From Alphaproteobacteria bacterium (GTDB lineage: Bacteria > Pseudomonadota > Alphaproteobacteria > UBA828): a stretch of DNA of 64,000 nucleotides. The DNA lies in NCBI GenBank assembly GCA_965220745.1, contig CBDCQT010000010.1:224001-288000 (forward strand), in the 5' to 3' direction. Under the pieces are notes generated by a model that had not been told where the DNA came from, did not search any database, and saw nothing but the letters and a program-made list of their open reading frames with translations. This document shows, one piece after another, positions 62,143 through 64,000 of the stretch. Made by a program: the position numbers and the translations under genes. How positions within the stretch are numbered: position 1 is the first letter of the stretch; every line of letters begins with the position of its first letter.

Positions 62143-63216
62143 ATGAAGCGTATAGGTTTGACAGGATTGGGCGTGGCGACCGCCGCGGCGCTCGCTTGGA
62201 ACACGCCGGCGATGGCGGACGACATGGTCGAGGACAAGCTCGCGACCATGGAACAGCGCATCAAGTACCTGGAGGAGCGCGTCGCCTCGCAGGACCAGAT
62301 GATCGTCGAGAAAGAAGGCGAGATGGCCGCTCTCTCCGACGGCTGGTTCAACAACGTCGAGATCGGCGGCGCCATCAAGGTCGAGCTTATCGGCGAAAGC
62401 CCGGCCGAGGGTGACAGCGGCACCAGGACGAACTTGAGGAAGGTGGAGCTCGGCATTGCGACTTCGATCAACGACGAGTGGGGCGGCGAGGTCGTCGTGG
62501 AGAACGACGACGGCACAATCGCGCTCGCGGACGCGTTCCTGACTTACGAGCCAGCGGGTGGCGGGCTTTCCGCCGCGATAGGCCAGCAGACCCTGCCCTT
62601 CGGCGTCTACGACACCAACATGATCACCGATCCGCTTACCAAGGATCTCGGCGAGACGGCCTACACCTCTCTGGTGTTGGGCGGCGAAGCCGCTCAATTC
62701 GGTTGGACGGCATTCACGTACTACGCGGATGAAGAGGAGCGTATCGACGGTTTCGGCGCCGGAGTCGGCATGACCATGGAAGGCGATGCCTCGGCCTTTG
62801 GCGTCGATGTGGTGTGGATCAGTGACATCGGCGATTCCGATGGGCTCAGCGGGATGTTCGACGACGATGTGCCGGGCTTGAGCGCAAGTGCCCGAGGTAG
62901 CGTTGGGCCGGTCTCTGCAATGGTCGAGTTGGTGACCGCGCTTGATGCCGATGGCTCCAACGCCGAGCCGTCGGCGTGGAGTGCCGAAGCCGCCTACGGT
63001 TTCGACCTGATGGGCAGGGAAGCAACCCTCGCCATTGCGGCCGGCGGCACTGAGGACGCCGAGGCCGCCGACCTAGCGGAGACGCTGATGCTACTCGGGA
63101 TCTCCGTGGGCATCTCCGAGGGCATCGGGATCGGCCTCGAATGGAAGCAAGAGGAAGGCTACGGCGCGGACGACGCTGACGACGCCGTCACCGTGCAAGT
63201 TGCGGCCGAGTTCTAG
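62143..63216 (+). CDS. Outer-membrane porin, LbtU-like
   Basis: Signal peptide, coiled coil, then VELGI...PFGVYDTNMITDPLTKDLGET; C-terminal QVAAEF. Confidence 0.75.
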   Translation: MKRIGLTGLGVATAAALAWNTPAMADDMVEDKLATMEQRIKYLEERVASQDQMIVEKEGEMAALSDGWFNNVEIGGAIKVELIGESPAEGDSGTRTNLRKVELGIATSINDEWGGEVVVENDDGTIALADAFLTYEPAGGGLSAAIGQQTLPFGVYDTNMITDPLTKDLGETAYTSLVLGGEAAQFGWTAFTYYADEEERIDGFGAGVGMTMEGDASAFGVDVVWISDIGDSDGLSGMFDDDVPGLSASARGSVGPVSAMVELVTALDADGSNAEPSAWSAEAAYGFDLMGREATLAIAAGGTEDAEAADLAETLMLLGISVGISEGIGIGLEWKQEEGYGADDADDAVTVQVAAEF

Positions 63217-63243
63217 GGCTGGAGAGAAGAAGGAGTACTGACG

Positions 63244-64000
<757 letters not shown>

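Overview
GC-rich alphaproteobacterial (Rhodospirillales-like) chromosomal window in four parts. (1) 0.5-3.4 kb: an AT-richer three-gene cassette (STAS-like+GHKL kinase, DUF4325-type STAS protein, single-TM protein) sits between an intact GST gene and a deleted, diverged copy of it. (2) 3.8-19.7 kb: mostly core genes (class III aminotransferase, mlaA, Ser/Thr dehydratase, slt, dapA, smpB, UDG, NYN, folK, ctpA, rppH), plus nirK with NsrR and an NsrR box, a group II intron 3' remnant and a nitroreductase. (3) 19.86-56.33 kb: a ~36.5 kb genomic island integrated in tRNA-Asn, with a 19-bp att duplication, P4-like integrase, two AlpA genes and IS21/IS630/IS3 debris. It carries four ABC importers and amine/amide catabolic enzymes; one peptide importer appears to have a degenerate ATP site. 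(4) 56.5-64 kb: tRNA-Lys and an iron cluster with Fur-like boxes (bfr, bfd, DUF1513, two imelysins, di-heme protein, LbtU-like porin). All calls come from motif recognition by eye; no database searches were run.
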